From Candidatus Wildermuthbacteria bacterium (GTDB lineage: Bacteria > Patescibacteriota > Minisyncoccia > Minisyncoccales > UBA10102), in assembly GCA_016181405.1 (NCBI GenBank), contig JACOZJ010000002.1:10608-74607 (forward strand): a stretch of DNA of 64,000 nt. The letters run 5' to 3'. Below, one piece after another: positions 35,289 through 44,105 of the stretch. Position 1 is the first letter of the stretch, and each line of letters opens with the position of its first letter. The position numbers and the translations under genes are program-made. The notes under the pieces are model-generated. The model was not told where the DNA came from. It ran no database searches and worked only from the letters and a program-made list of their open reading frames with translations.

Positions 35289-35793
35289 ACAGGCGGATGT
35301 AGGCGGGGCCGTGCTCTACGTATGTTTTTTGGATAATATCCCGAGTTTCTTCCGGATCTTTTGGAATATACGTTTTCATTCCAGGCAGTTTGCTCAAAAA
35401 ATCAATTTCTTCGTCATCCCGCAAAAGATTGTGAGAAAACCCGAGGAACTTATATTTTTCAGACCCCTTCACCCCGAGGATTTTCACATTCGCTCCATGC
35501 ATGCAAATGGCGTTCCTCACCATCTCGTGAACTCTGAAGGTAACAAAATTAATCATGGAGTACAGATAGGGTTTCTTTCCGCTCAATGCCATGGCCGCGG
35601 CGATGATAGTTGAACTTGCCTCGGTCACGCCAAAATTGAAGAATCTTTCGGGATACAGTTTTTGGAATTTCTCTGTGTAGTTGAAACCGACGTCCGGAAT
35701 GATAAAAATAATATCCCTGTCTTTTTCTGCCAACTCGCAGAGAGTATCAATGAACGCCCGACGGTTATCTAATTGTTGTACTATTTCACCCAT
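35287..35793 (-). CDS. Transketolase C-terminal-subunit homologue, truncated (pyrimidine-binding domain only)
   Basis: 168 aa ending ...EHGPAYIRL*. The paralogue at 43176-44105 continues about 140 aa beyond the equivalent QKPAYLRIGKG. Confidence 0.65.
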   Translation of the reverse strand: MGEIVQQLDNRRAFIDTLCELAEKDRDIIFIIPDVGFNYTEKFQKLYPERFFNFGVTEASSTIIAAAMALSGKKPYLYSMINFVTFRVHEMVRNAICMHGANVKILGVKGSEKYKFLGFSHNLLRDDEEIDFLSKLPGMKTYIPKDPEETRDIIQKTYVEHGPAYIRL

Positions 35794-35794
35794 T

Positions 35795-36580
35795 CTATGC
35801 TTTGTTTAGCTCTTCCATCGCTTCCTCAAACTCTTCTTGCGATAGATTTTTGTAATGGTACACGTTGTTGTTTTCCGCCCTCTTCCAACCTTTTCCCTTA
35901 ATTGTATCGCATACAATCATGCGCGGGGACTGGACACGAGATCCTGCAAAAGCAGCTTCAATCTGTTCAAAATTATGGCCATCTATCCGCTCCACAGCCC
36001 AACCAAATGCCCGAACCCTCTCGTCGAGCGGTTCAATGTTCAAAATCTCTTCTGTTTTTCCCATTGCCTGAAATCGATTGTTGTCCACCCACACCACAAG
36101 ATTTGAAAGGCCATGCTGCTTGGCGATTAAGATTGATTCCCACGTAGTACCTATTTGCATTTCTCCATCTGACATAAGAATATGGGTTGTTCCATTGTCC
36201 GCGTTGAGTTTTTTTGCCAAGGAGAACCCAACGCCCGCAGGCAAACCAAACCCCATGCTTCCGCCGGCAAATTCCAGCCCAAACTTTCCTTGCGGCTCTA
36301 TCAGACCTATATATTTTGTTTCGTTCGGCTGGCAATATCGTTCCAAATCTTTCTCTGGGATAACCCCCTTTTGCCCAAGGAAATAATACACAGAAGCCGC
36401 CACCCAACCCTTGCTTGCAATAAATGTATCTTTCTGAAGATCCATTTTCTCGAAGAGAACGCTTAATATATCGATACAGCTAAAGTTACTCCCAATATGG
36501 CTGGATTGGGCTTTGTAAATCATACGGAGAACGGTTTTACGCGCATCGTTAGTTATTTTCGTGTACTCATTAGGTGTCAT
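35795..36580 (-). CDS. Transketolase N-terminal (ThDP-binding) subunit
   Basis: SSHIGSNFSCIDILSVLF, GSMGFGLPAGVGFS and LMSDGEMQIGTTWESI. Confidence 0.85.
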   Translation of the reverse strand: MTPNEYTKITNDARKTVLRMIYKAQSSHIGSNFSCIDILSVLFEKMDLQKDTFIASKGWVAASVYYFLGQKGVIPEKDLERYCQPNETKYIGLIEPQGKFGLEFAGGSMGFGLPAGVGFSLAKKLNADNGTTHILMSDGEMQIGTTWESILIAKQHGLSNLVVWVDNNRFQAMGKTEEILNIEPLDERVRAFGWAVERIDGHNFEQIEAAFAGSRVQSPRMIVCDTIKGKGWKRAENNNVYHYKNLSQEEFEEAMEELNKA

Positions 36581-37170
36581 TGGAAAATTTTTAAAACAGT
36601 TTGAAGAATAATATTCAAATCCACCAGAAAATTCCTTTCTCTCACATATTTCATCTGCAGGCGCATCTTCTCTGGCCGTATTTTCTCCTGGTACGTTTTT
36701 TCCGGATCTGCACTTCCCCGCAAAATTTCTCCTTCATGAAAATTCCATAAAGAAGCCCAATCGGTCATGCCGGGCCGCACAGAAAGGATAACATTTCTTT
36801 CTTCGGATGTCATCATATCCACATAAAACGGCACTTCCGGTCTTGGACCTACAATGCTCATTTCTCCCTTTATGACGTTAAGAAGCTGGGGCAGTTCGTC
36901 GAGCTGAAACTTTTTCAAAAACTTTCCCATGCGGGTTAGCCGAGGATCGTCGCCTGCCGTGGAAGGCCCTCCTATTTTATCAGCGTTTTGCACCATGCTG
37001 CGAAACTTAAACATACGGAATTCTTTTCCCTGCTTCCCCACTCTTAACCCTTTGTAAAACACGGGACCCGACGAATCCAGTTTAATCGCGAAGGCGATGG
37101 CAAGAAAGATAGGAGCTATCAGTATAAACCCGAACAATGCTGCTATAAAATCAAAGACTCTTTTTACCAT
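36577..37170 (-). CDS. Monotopic phosphoglycosyl transferase (PglC/WbaP C-domain family, initiating sugar-1-P transferase)
   Basis: KRVFDFIAALFGFILIAP, FKFRSM, LDELPQLLNVIKGEMSIVGPRPE. Confidence 0.9.
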   Translation of the reverse strand: MVKRVFDFIAALFGFILIAPIFLAIAFAIKLDSSGPVFYKGLRVGKQGKEFRMFKFRSMVQNADKIGGPSTAGDDPRLTRMGKFLKKFQLDELPQLLNVIKGEMSIVGPRPEVPFYVDMMTSEERNVILSVRPGMTDWASLWNFHEGEILRGSADPEKTYQEKIRPEKMRLQMKYVRERNFLVDLNIILQTVLKIFQ

Positions 37171-37909
37171 GTTTGCAAACGAATACCACCTTAAATGCGT
37201 ATTTGCGCAGAAAAGGAATGCGCAAAACCATGGAATCTATCATCTCTGTTACGCGTAACACAAAATATCCTCCCGGCAAGTTTAAAAAAGGAAATGCGAA
37301 CAAAGAAACTGCATGAAAGTAGAATATTTCACAGTTTTCGAAGCGTTTTTTCAAAAGCAGGATTTCTTCTTGTCGCACAATGTGCGAAGCCGCCCACGAT
37401 GTTCTCTTCCCTGCAATGCGGTTAAGGGCGCGTTTTGCGTTTGCCAAAGGGTTGTGCCCAAAAGTTTCAATGCCAACCAACACTCCATCTGGCCGCAGCA
37501 CACGCGTAATTTCTGCGAGCGATGTTTCAAAATCCAATGAAGAAAATGTGCCCCCGTCGAACACCACATCAAAGGAATTATCCGGAAACTCAAGCTTCTC
37601 GCAGTCCATGACAAGAAATTTCGCTTTGTTCTCAACTTTTTCTTTCTCGGCGTTTCTCCTGGCGATCGCCAAAGCTCCTTGGGACAAATCAATGCCGACC
37701 ACTTCTCTCGCATGGTTTGCGAGAAATTTCGTATGTACGCCGTTCCCACACCCATAATCCAGCACTTTTTTGTCCTTTACCAGAGGGACGGCAATGGAAT
37801 ACAGAAAACTATAACTTCCCAGCACCTGAGGGGCAAATCCTTCCTCCCCCCGCTGGCGGGCTGCTGCTTCGTCATAATATTCAATTTCCTTCCTCTTCCT
37901 ATCTTCCAT
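37151..37909 (-). CDS. Class I SAM-dependent methyltransferase
   Basis: VLDYGCGNGVHT (motif I) and FDVVFDGGTF. Confidence 0.8.
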   Translation of the reverse strand: MEDRKRKEIEYYDEAAARQRGEEGFAPQVLGSYSFLYSIAVPLVKDKKVLDYGCGNGVHTKFLANHAREVVGIDLSQGALAIARRNAEKEKVENKAKFLVMDCEKLEFPDNSFDVVFDGGTFSSLDFETSLAEITRVLRPDGVLVGIETFGHNPLANAKRALNRIAGKRTSWAASHIVRQEEILLLKKRFENCEIFYFHAVSLFAFPFLNLPGGYFVLRVTEMIDSMVLRIPFLRKYAFKVVFVCKHGKKSL

Positions 37910-38004
37910 ACAATATGTTCAATCTTACCAATTTTCTCTTGCAAAAACAATTCGTGCAAAATAGGAGAGCCCACGCTGTACACGTGAGCCCCTTCGCAAT
38001 ACGT

Positions 38005-39054
38005 TTAGCGACCCTCAACAAGATCGCAGATTGCCGATGCCCCAACAGCGGGATCGAACGGCATAAGTTGATCTCGCGCCTCGCTGGAGCAAGGATTCAG
38101 CAAGGCCAAGTTCACAGGAGTTACCACGAGATCCGCGACGCCAAGTACCACCTGCGGCACCTCCAGCAAACCAGACTCTTCCTGGAGAGATTTCTGAACC
38201 GCCGGCGTCACAAGAGCAGCTACAGGAACTCCTGCTTTAGCTGCCGTCGTCAGCAACGTGGAAAATCCGGCGAGAACCAAATCCGAAGCAACAACAATGT
38301 TATCGGTTGGTGGCCCGTCCACACGAACTACACGATCCCCAAGCGGCGCCAGCAAGGCGTTCCACGTTTCCCGGTACGGCTGGTTGCCGTTTTTTTTATC
38401 CGGGCGGTCTGCCTCTTTAGGGTGCCAACGAGGGATCAGCTTCCACGGTTTGCTCGTAACCGCCAAGCATTGGGATAGAAGATCTATCTGCTCGGCGGTT
38501 TCGGAGCCGCCTCCGCAGAATGCAATAACCAGTTCGCCTCCATACCGCATCCAATAAACCTCCGGGTCTGGCTCAACGCCCACCCGAACACCAGGATTGC
38601 CCGTGATGCATATCTTCGTCTTTCGGCCAAAATCTTGCCGGACAAGGCTTGATGAATACTCATCAAGCGTAAGCGCAAGATCTGGAGGTCGGCGAAGGCC
38701 GGTGATGCGTCGGAAACCTCCCCAAAAATCCTCCATGAGAACCAGTGGAATATGGTGAATTTGCGCAGCGCGCGCAAACTCCCCTTCCAAATGGCTCGGG
38801 GAACCTACGCCCACAACCACCACGTCGGGACGATAATATCCAAGTACCGCTCCCACATCCAGCGAGAAAGGAACTATCCTGTAGTCATCGGTACCGCGGA
38901 AGATCGGCGGTACCGAGCACAGCTGGGACCAAAGATAAGCCCCCATCCCCTCTAAAACGGGGAACACCTCGTGGCCCTGGTTGCTTAACACCTGCGCAAT
39001 GGGGGCAACCACGTTAGCTCCACCCATATCCTTGCAAACCGTCACTATCTTCAA
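38005..39054 (-). CDS. GC-rich uncharacterised protein, possibly a GT-B-fold glycosyltransferase-like enzyme
   Basis: 349 aa with a TTG start and AAGGGG 8 nt upstream. MKIVTVCKDMGGANVVAPIAQVL and two Rossmann-like halves are present. No diagnostic motif was recognised. It lies between a terminator and the next methyltransferase. Confidence 0.55.
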   Translation of the reverse strand: MKIVTVCKDMGGANVVAPIAQVLSNQGHEVFPVLEGMGAYLWSQLCSVPPIFRGTDDYRIVPFSLDVGAVLGYYRPDVVVVGVGSPSHLEGEFARAAQIHHIPLVLMEDFWGGFRRITGLRRPPDLALTLDEYSSSLVRQDFGRKTKICITGNPGVRVGVEPDPEVYWMRYGGELVIAFCGGGSETAEQIDLLSQCLAVTSKPWKLIPRWHPKEADRPDKKNGNQPYRETWNALLAPLGDRVVRVDGPPTDNIVVASDLVLAGFSTLLTTAAKAGVPVAALVTPAVQKSLQEESGLLEVPQVVLGVADLVVTPVNLALLNPCSSEARDQLMPFDPAVGASAICDLVEGR

Positions 39055-39083
39055 CTCACGCCCCTTTCAAACAGCTAACTACA

Positions 39084-39118
39084 AAAAAGCACAAAAAATC
39101 GGGAACGTCAAGTTTCCG
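39084..39118 (-). terminator. Intrinsic terminator after methyltransferase 39146-39970
   Basis: The minus strand reads CGGAAAC-ttgac-GTTCCCG followed by ATTTTTTGTGCTTTTTT. Confidence 0.6.
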
Positions 39119-39145
39119 ATTTTCAAAACTCTCACCTATTTACTA

Positions 39146-39970
39146 TTACTTCTTATGCAGCTCAAACGTAAACATCCACGACATCATTTTTATGAGTGGG
39201 ATCTTGAGGAATACTTTGTCTAAAGCATTCAAAAAAGGCAGGGCAGAAGGCACGTACGCAGCTGCAATACTAAACAAATGCCAATGCCTAATGTTTTTTA
39301 CCTCAAAAAATCTTTTTGCAAACCCAATCTCTTTGTAGGAAAGAATGTGCCGCTTTTCCCAATCAGTGCGCAAATGAGGCGTAAGCATACGATACGCCTT
39401 AATGGCAGGGTTGCAATCCAATGCCTCCACTGCCAAAAGCACTCCTCCCTTTTTCAAAATCCTCCTTAACTCCGGAAACGCATACGATAAATCCAAATGA
39501 TGCAGCATGCCAGAGCAGATAACAACATCCACAGATTCATTAGGAAGACCGGTATTCTCGCAATCTCCCTGGAGAAAATAGGTATTTCTCAAAACCCCTT
39601 CTTTTTCGGCTAACGCGCGGGCATTCTTAATAGAAACATCGCTTATATCCAAACCAATTGCCAACTCTGCCCCTGCTTTTGCCGCTTTCACGGCATTCTC
39701 CCCATCGCCGCAGGCATAATCCAAAAAGATTTTGCCCTTGCTATATTGAGCTATCCAGGCATCAACATACTCATTAATGAGGTGCGCGGTCTGGTAGAAC
39801 TTGGCATTCTCGTGAAGCTTCTCATACTCGCCTTCCGCAAGTGTTTTATCTTTGTCTATATTATGAAATTCAATTTCCTTTTGTTTCCTCTCGTCCAAAG
39901 AAGCTAGCCACTCCTCGTTTGTCTTCTTGCTTACACTGTCTAGTTGTTCAATAAGTTCTTGTGTAGTCAT
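39146..39970 (-). CDS. Class I SAM-dependent methyltransferase
   Basis: FLDYACGDGENAVKAAKAGAELAIGLDIS and VVICSGMLHHL. Confidence 0.82.
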   Translation of the reverse strand: MTTQELIEQLDSVSKKTNEEWLASLDERKQKEIEFHNIDKDKTLAEGEYEKLHENAKFYQTAHLINEYVDAWIAQYSKGKIFLDYACGDGENAVKAAKAGAELAIGLDISDVSIKNARALAEKEGVLRNTYFLQGDCENTGLPNESVDVVICSGMLHHLDLSYAFPELRRILKKGGVLLAVEALDCNPAIKAYRMLTPHLRTDWEKRHILSYKEIGFAKRFFEVKNIRHWHLFSIAAAYVPSALPFLNALDKVFLKIPLIKMMSWMFTFELHKK

Positions 39971-40917
39971 ACCACGAGTTTCGCTATGCCAAAGAGAGAC
40001 CCTAACCCATACCCGATATGGCGCGCCGCAAAGACCAGGGGCATAGCGAATACTAACTTATTATCTCCCTCAATTATGGCAATTTTCAAAGAGAAAAACA
40101 AGGAAAGTATCATATAAGGCCAAATGCTTACGGGCAGGGTTAAGACAAAGATCAAAGGGATATAATGCCGCAAAGATCCTGAAACAAAACCAAATTTTAG
40201 AGGATATGTCGTCCAGATGCCGTCGGTAACATTATGCACAAAAAAATCTTTCAGGTTATCGGAAGAAGGGTAGTACAATGCCTTGATATCCGGAAACAGC
40301 ATAATTTTCCCGCCAGCTTTCCGCAACCGTACATTGAAATCCAAGTCTTCTATTTTCTCCATCCGCTCGTCGAACATCCCTATCTTCTCAAACACTTCTC
40401 TTCTATAACAACCAAAAGCCACCGTATCCACCTCCATTGGTTCTGCGGCGCCCGTTCTAAAATAAGAACCTCCTGCGCCAAACACATGGGACAAACAAAT
40501 GACAATTGCTTTTGCCATCAACGTATTTGCAGGAGCAACGCTTTCCAGTACTCCCCCAACGTTGTCTGATCCAGATTCTTCCAAATGCTGAACGCATTTT
40601 GAAATATAGTCTTTCGCATATACGCTGTGCGCATCCATTTTGATGATAATATCGCCCTTTGCATTTTTGATGCCCACATTCATTGCCGCTGGCGTAATAA
40701 CCCTTGGATTATCGAGAAGCTGTATCTTGTATCTAGTATTTTGTATCTGGTATTTTTCTACAATTTCGCGCGTACTATCTTTCGAAAGTCCATCCACCAC
40801 TAAAACCTCCACTCTGTCTTTGGGATAATCATTCGCAATAATCGACTCCAAGCATTTTCCAATATGTTGCTCCTCGTTTAAACAAGGAACTATGACCGTA
40901 ACAAACTTCTCGCCCAT
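39967..40917 (-). CDS. Family 2 glycosyltransferase with C-terminal TM spans
   Basis: VTVIVPCLNEEQHIGKCLESI, VVDGLSKDST and KMDAHS. Confidence 0.88.
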   Translation of the reverse strand: MGEKFVTVIVPCLNEEQHIGKCLESIIANDYPKDRVEVLVVDGLSKDSTREIVEKYQIQNTRYKIQLLDNPRVITPAAMNVGIKNAKGDIIIKMDAHSVYAKDYISKCVQHLEESGSDNVGGVLESVAPANTLMAKAIVICLSHVFGAGGSYFRTGAAEPMEVDTVAFGCYRREVFEKIGMFDERMEKIEDLDFNVRLRKAGGKIMLFPDIKALYYPSSDNLKDFFVHNVTDGIWTTYPLKFGFVSGSLRHYIPLIFVLTLPVSIWPYMILSLFFSLKIAIIEGDNKLVFAMPLVFAARHIGYGLGSLFGIAKLVV

Positions 40918-41867
40918 CGTGCTGCGCTAATTATTTTTTTGCTTTTCAATACTATGCTCACTGCAGAAACCAATCCGTGCGCGTCAATATATCGAAAATC
41001 TCTGTATCGGATAAACTGTTGCTGATGGCACTTTTGCAGAAATCGCAGTGAATAAAAAAACCCTTTGTTGATATGGGCGCAAGCCCTAAGCAAGAAATTG
41101 ACAGAATATCTGCGAAGCAGCATTTCATCCTTCTTGTCTAACACAGAGGGCAGGCTTTCTCTGCAAAAAGAAAGCATTTCCTTAGCGCCTTGCTCATATT
41201 CTTCCCCAAGCACTCTGTTTTGTCCGGGATGAATGCGATAATTCATCAAGGGAGCTTTCAAGAAAGCACAAGGCCCTCTTTTGGAAATTCCCATAAGGAA
41301 CACCAAATCGGCGAACTCTGAAAATTTATCCTCATGCATTCGGGCAGTAAGAAAAGCACTTTTTCTATACATAACTGAACCGAACGCGCACCGCAACCAT
41401 GACATCTCCGCTCGCACAAACTCATAGGGATTTTTATACACAGCGCTCTTCATGTTGTTCTCGTCAAAATCTGCGAAGCTCCGAATGGTTTTGTCTGAAA
41501 CTTCATTGAAATCTGAAGCTACAAATAACATACCCTGACGGGCGTCCAAAAAAGAACTCTGCAGTTCAAGTTTTTTTGGATGCATCGCATCATCATCATG
41601 GAATATGGCTACGTACTCTGAATCAAAAGGATATTCCAAAATACGGTTAATATTCCCAATAGGCCCTCTGTTTTGAGTGCTGCCAATAAAATGTATCCGC
41701 TCATCTTGGTACTTTTGCAGTTCCTGTTCGACTGGATCGTCTGAAGCGTTATCAAATACAAAAAGAGAAAAATCCTGGAACGTCTGGTTCAGGATACTTT
41801 CGATACATTCTTTGAGATACCCAAGTCTGTTATATGTTGGGATAGCAACAGCTACTTTATTCTTCAT
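40890..41867 (-). CDS. Family 2 glycosyltransferase
   Basis: VAVAIPTYNRLGYLKECIESILNQTFQDF and VFDNASDD. Confidence 0.85.
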   Translation of the reverse strand: MKNKVAVAIPTYNRLGYLKECIESILNQTFQDFSLFVFDNASDDPVEQELQKYQDERIHFIGSTQNRGPIGNINRILEYPFDSEYVAIFHDDDAMHPKKLELQSSFLDARQGMLFVASDFNEVSDKTIRSFADFDENNMKSAVYKNPYEFVRAEMSWLRCAFGSVMYRKSAFLTARMHEDKFSEFADLVFLMGISKRGPCAFLKAPLMNYRIHPGQNRVLGEEYEQGAKEMLSFCRESLPSVLDKKDEMLLRRYSVNFLLRACAHINKGFFYSLRFLQKCHQQQFIRYRDFRYIDAHGLVSAVSIVLKSKKIISAARWARSLLRS

Positions 41868-43179
41868 GTATCTTATCTCTATACGGCTCCAAAAACCTCA
41901 GCAGTACGTCAGTCATATAGCGCATTTTTTCTTTCGTGATGCCAGAATAGACGCCAATCCAAAGCAAATTTTCCATAATCGAATCTGTGTTGCTCAAAGA
42001 ATCGAAAACCCGATATTTTATATCTTTATACGCAGGCTGCTTTAAAAGATTGCCGCCCAGAAACATCCGCGTCATGACTTTCCGCTCTTCCAAAAACTCC
42101 ACCATTTCTTTCCTAGTGAAAGGAGCTGCTTGCTTTACAAGCATAGGAAACCCAAACCAGCAGGGGTCTGCCTCTTTTTCCTGCCGGGGGAAAGCGAGAA
42201 ACTTGCTATAGGGCCCAAGAGCTTGTTTAAGCGCTGCAAAGTTCTTTTCCCTTGCTTCTATAAACGAAGGCAGTTTTTCGAGCTGCGCCAAACCAATAGC
42301 GGGCTGAAGATCAGTAATCTTAAGATTGTACCCGATATGGGAAAAGATGTATCTGCGATCATATCCGAAAGGCAATTCTCCCACTTTCGAGGAAAACCGG
42401 TTGGTTTGCATCCCAGGTTCGTCGAATTCCCTGCCCCAATCCCGGAAAGAAGCAACAATATTCTTGAGTGTTTCGTTGCTCGTGAGCACCGCGCCCCCTT
42501 CCCCCATAGTCATGTCGTGGCTTGCGTAAAAACTGCAAGTAGCAATATCGCCAAAGGTTCCCGTATACTTTCCCTGATACTTCGATCCTACGGCATCACA
42601 ATTGTCTTCAATAAGCCATAGCTTGTGCTTTTTTGCGATACGCAAAAGCTCCCGAAGGTTCGCGGGGTTACCAAGCCCGTGAGCCACAAAAATTGCCTTT
42701 GTTTTTGGAGAAAGCGCCTTTTCAATATCTCCAACCTTAATATTATACGTGTCGAGCTCAACATCGAGGAAAACAGGAACAAGGTTATTCTGCACGATGG
42801 GATTGAGTGTGGTAGGAAATCCGCAAGCAGTGGTGATAACTTCGTCTCCCGGCTTCAGCTGTCTTGCTCCCAGTTTTGGGGAAGTGAGCGCCGAAACAGC
42901 AAGCAGATTTGCAGAAGATCCAGAATTTGCAAGAAGACAATACTTTACTCCGAGAAACGCGGCAAATTCTTTTTCGAACTGCGCTGCAAATCTACCCATG
43001 GAGAGCCAAAAATCCAAAGCAGCATCCACCAAATTCATCATTTCTTTTTCGTTGTACACGCGGCCACCATAGCTAATCTGCGTCTGGCCTGGCAGGAATG
43101 TTTCCTGGCTTTTCCGCGCTTTGTAAAACTCTTTTGTGAGCTTTAAAATTTCTTTTCGCAGCTGTTTTTCTGTTTTCAT
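41857..43179 (-). CDS. rfbH: NDP-4-keto-6-deoxyhexose 3-dehydratase (RfbH/DdhC/E1-type, DegT superfamily)
   Basis: LVDAALDFWLSMGRFAAQFEKEFAAFLGVKYCLLANSGSSANLLAVSALTSPKLGARQLKPGDEVITTACGFPTTLNPIVQN is the RfbH signature region. The ATG at 43179 forms an ATGA overlap with the transketolase subunit stop. Confidence 0.85.
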   Translation of the reverse strand: MKTEKQLRKEILKLTKEFYKARKSQETFLPGQTQISYGGRVYNEKEMMNLVDAALDFWLSMGRFAAQFEKEFAAFLGVKYCLLANSGSSANLLAVSALTSPKLGARQLKPGDEVITTACGFPTTLNPIVQNNLVPVFLDVELDTYNIKVGDIEKALSPKTKAIFVAHGLGNPANLRELLRIAKKHKLWLIEDNCDAVGSKYQGKYTGTFGDIATCSFYASHDMTMGEGGAVLTSNETLKNIVASFRDWGREFDEPGMQTNRFSSKVGELPFGYDRRYIFSHIGYNLKITDLQPAIGLAQLEKLPSFIEAREKNFAALKQALGPYSKFLAFPRQEKEADPCWFGFPMLVKQAAPFTRKEMVEFLEERKVMTRMFLGGNLLKQPAYKDIKYRVFDSLSNTDSIMENLLWIGVYSGITKEKMRYMTDVLLRFLEPYRDKIHEE

Positions 43180-44105
43180 AGACTCTCTTTTATGTGGCGC
43201 TGGATGCGCTCTGCCATTGCTTCTGGCGATAATCCATACGCTTGCCGCAGATATTCCTGACTTCCAATCTCTTTGCAAAAGCTGTCCGGAAATCCAATGC
43301 GCGCAAAAAGTGGCTTCGCATCTTTATATTCTGCCAGCGTCTCGGCAACTGCTCCTCCTAATCCGCCGATAATACTGTGTTCCTCAATAGAGAAAATGGC
43401 TTTCGTTTCTCGCGCCGCTTTGTGTATTGCCTCTTTATCAATAGGTTTCACGCTTGGCATGCTAAACAAACACACGCTCAACCCAGCTTGGCCGAGAATC
43501 TTTGCAGCTTCTCTCGCGTTCCATAAAATATTCCCCGTTGCGAAGATGCTAATATCGCTCCCATCCCGCAGAAGAATTGCCTTTCCAGGCGCAAAATCAG
43601 GTTTCTTCTCGTGCACTATAGGATCATTTCCCTTCCCGATACGGAGATATGCTGGCTTTTGTGATGTAGAGAGATACGCCATTATCGCCTGTGTTTCTGC
43701 GGGATCTCCCGGGCAAAAAACTTCCATATTTGGCAGGCTTCTCATAATAGCAATGTCGTTTAAAGAATGGTGGGTAAGACCTGCGGTACCGTATGATAAA
43801 CCGCCTCCCACCCCAACCAATACGACGGGCAAATTTGCAGAACATACATCATTTCGAATCTGTTCAAAACAGCGCATGGTAACAAAAGGCACAATGGAAT
43901 ACACGAAAACTTTTTTCGCTGAATGCGCAACTCCTGCCGCGACACCAATCATATTCTGTTCTGCGACTCCCACGTTCAAGAAACGTTTGGGAAATTTTTG
44001 TTCAAACGGCTCCAATACGGAAAACCCCAAATCGTTGGTAATAAGCATAACACTTTCTTCTTTTTCTGCTGCTTCAAGTAAACTGTCGCAAAACGCTTTT
44101 CTCAT
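43176..44105 (-). CDS. Transketolase C-terminal subunit (pyrimidine-binding plus C-terminal domains), full length
   Basis: FLNVGVAEQNMIGVAAG, GGLSYGTAGLTHH and EEHSIIGGLG. Confidence 0.88.
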   Translation of the reverse strand: MRKAFCDSLLEAAEKEESVMLITNDLGFSVLEPFEQKFPKRFLNVGVAEQNMIGVAAGVAHSAKKVFVYSIVPFVTMRCFEQIRNDVCSANLPVVLVGVGGGLSYGTAGLTHHSLNDIAIMRSLPNMEVFCPGDPAETQAIMAYLSTSQKPAYLRIGKGNDPIVHEKKPDFAPGKAILLRDGSDISIFATGNILWNAREAAKILGQAGLSVCLFSMPSVKPIDKEAIHKAARETKAIFSIEEHSIIGGLGGAVAETLAEYKDAKPLFARIGFPDSFCKEIGSQEYLRQAYGLSPEAMAERIQRHIKESL

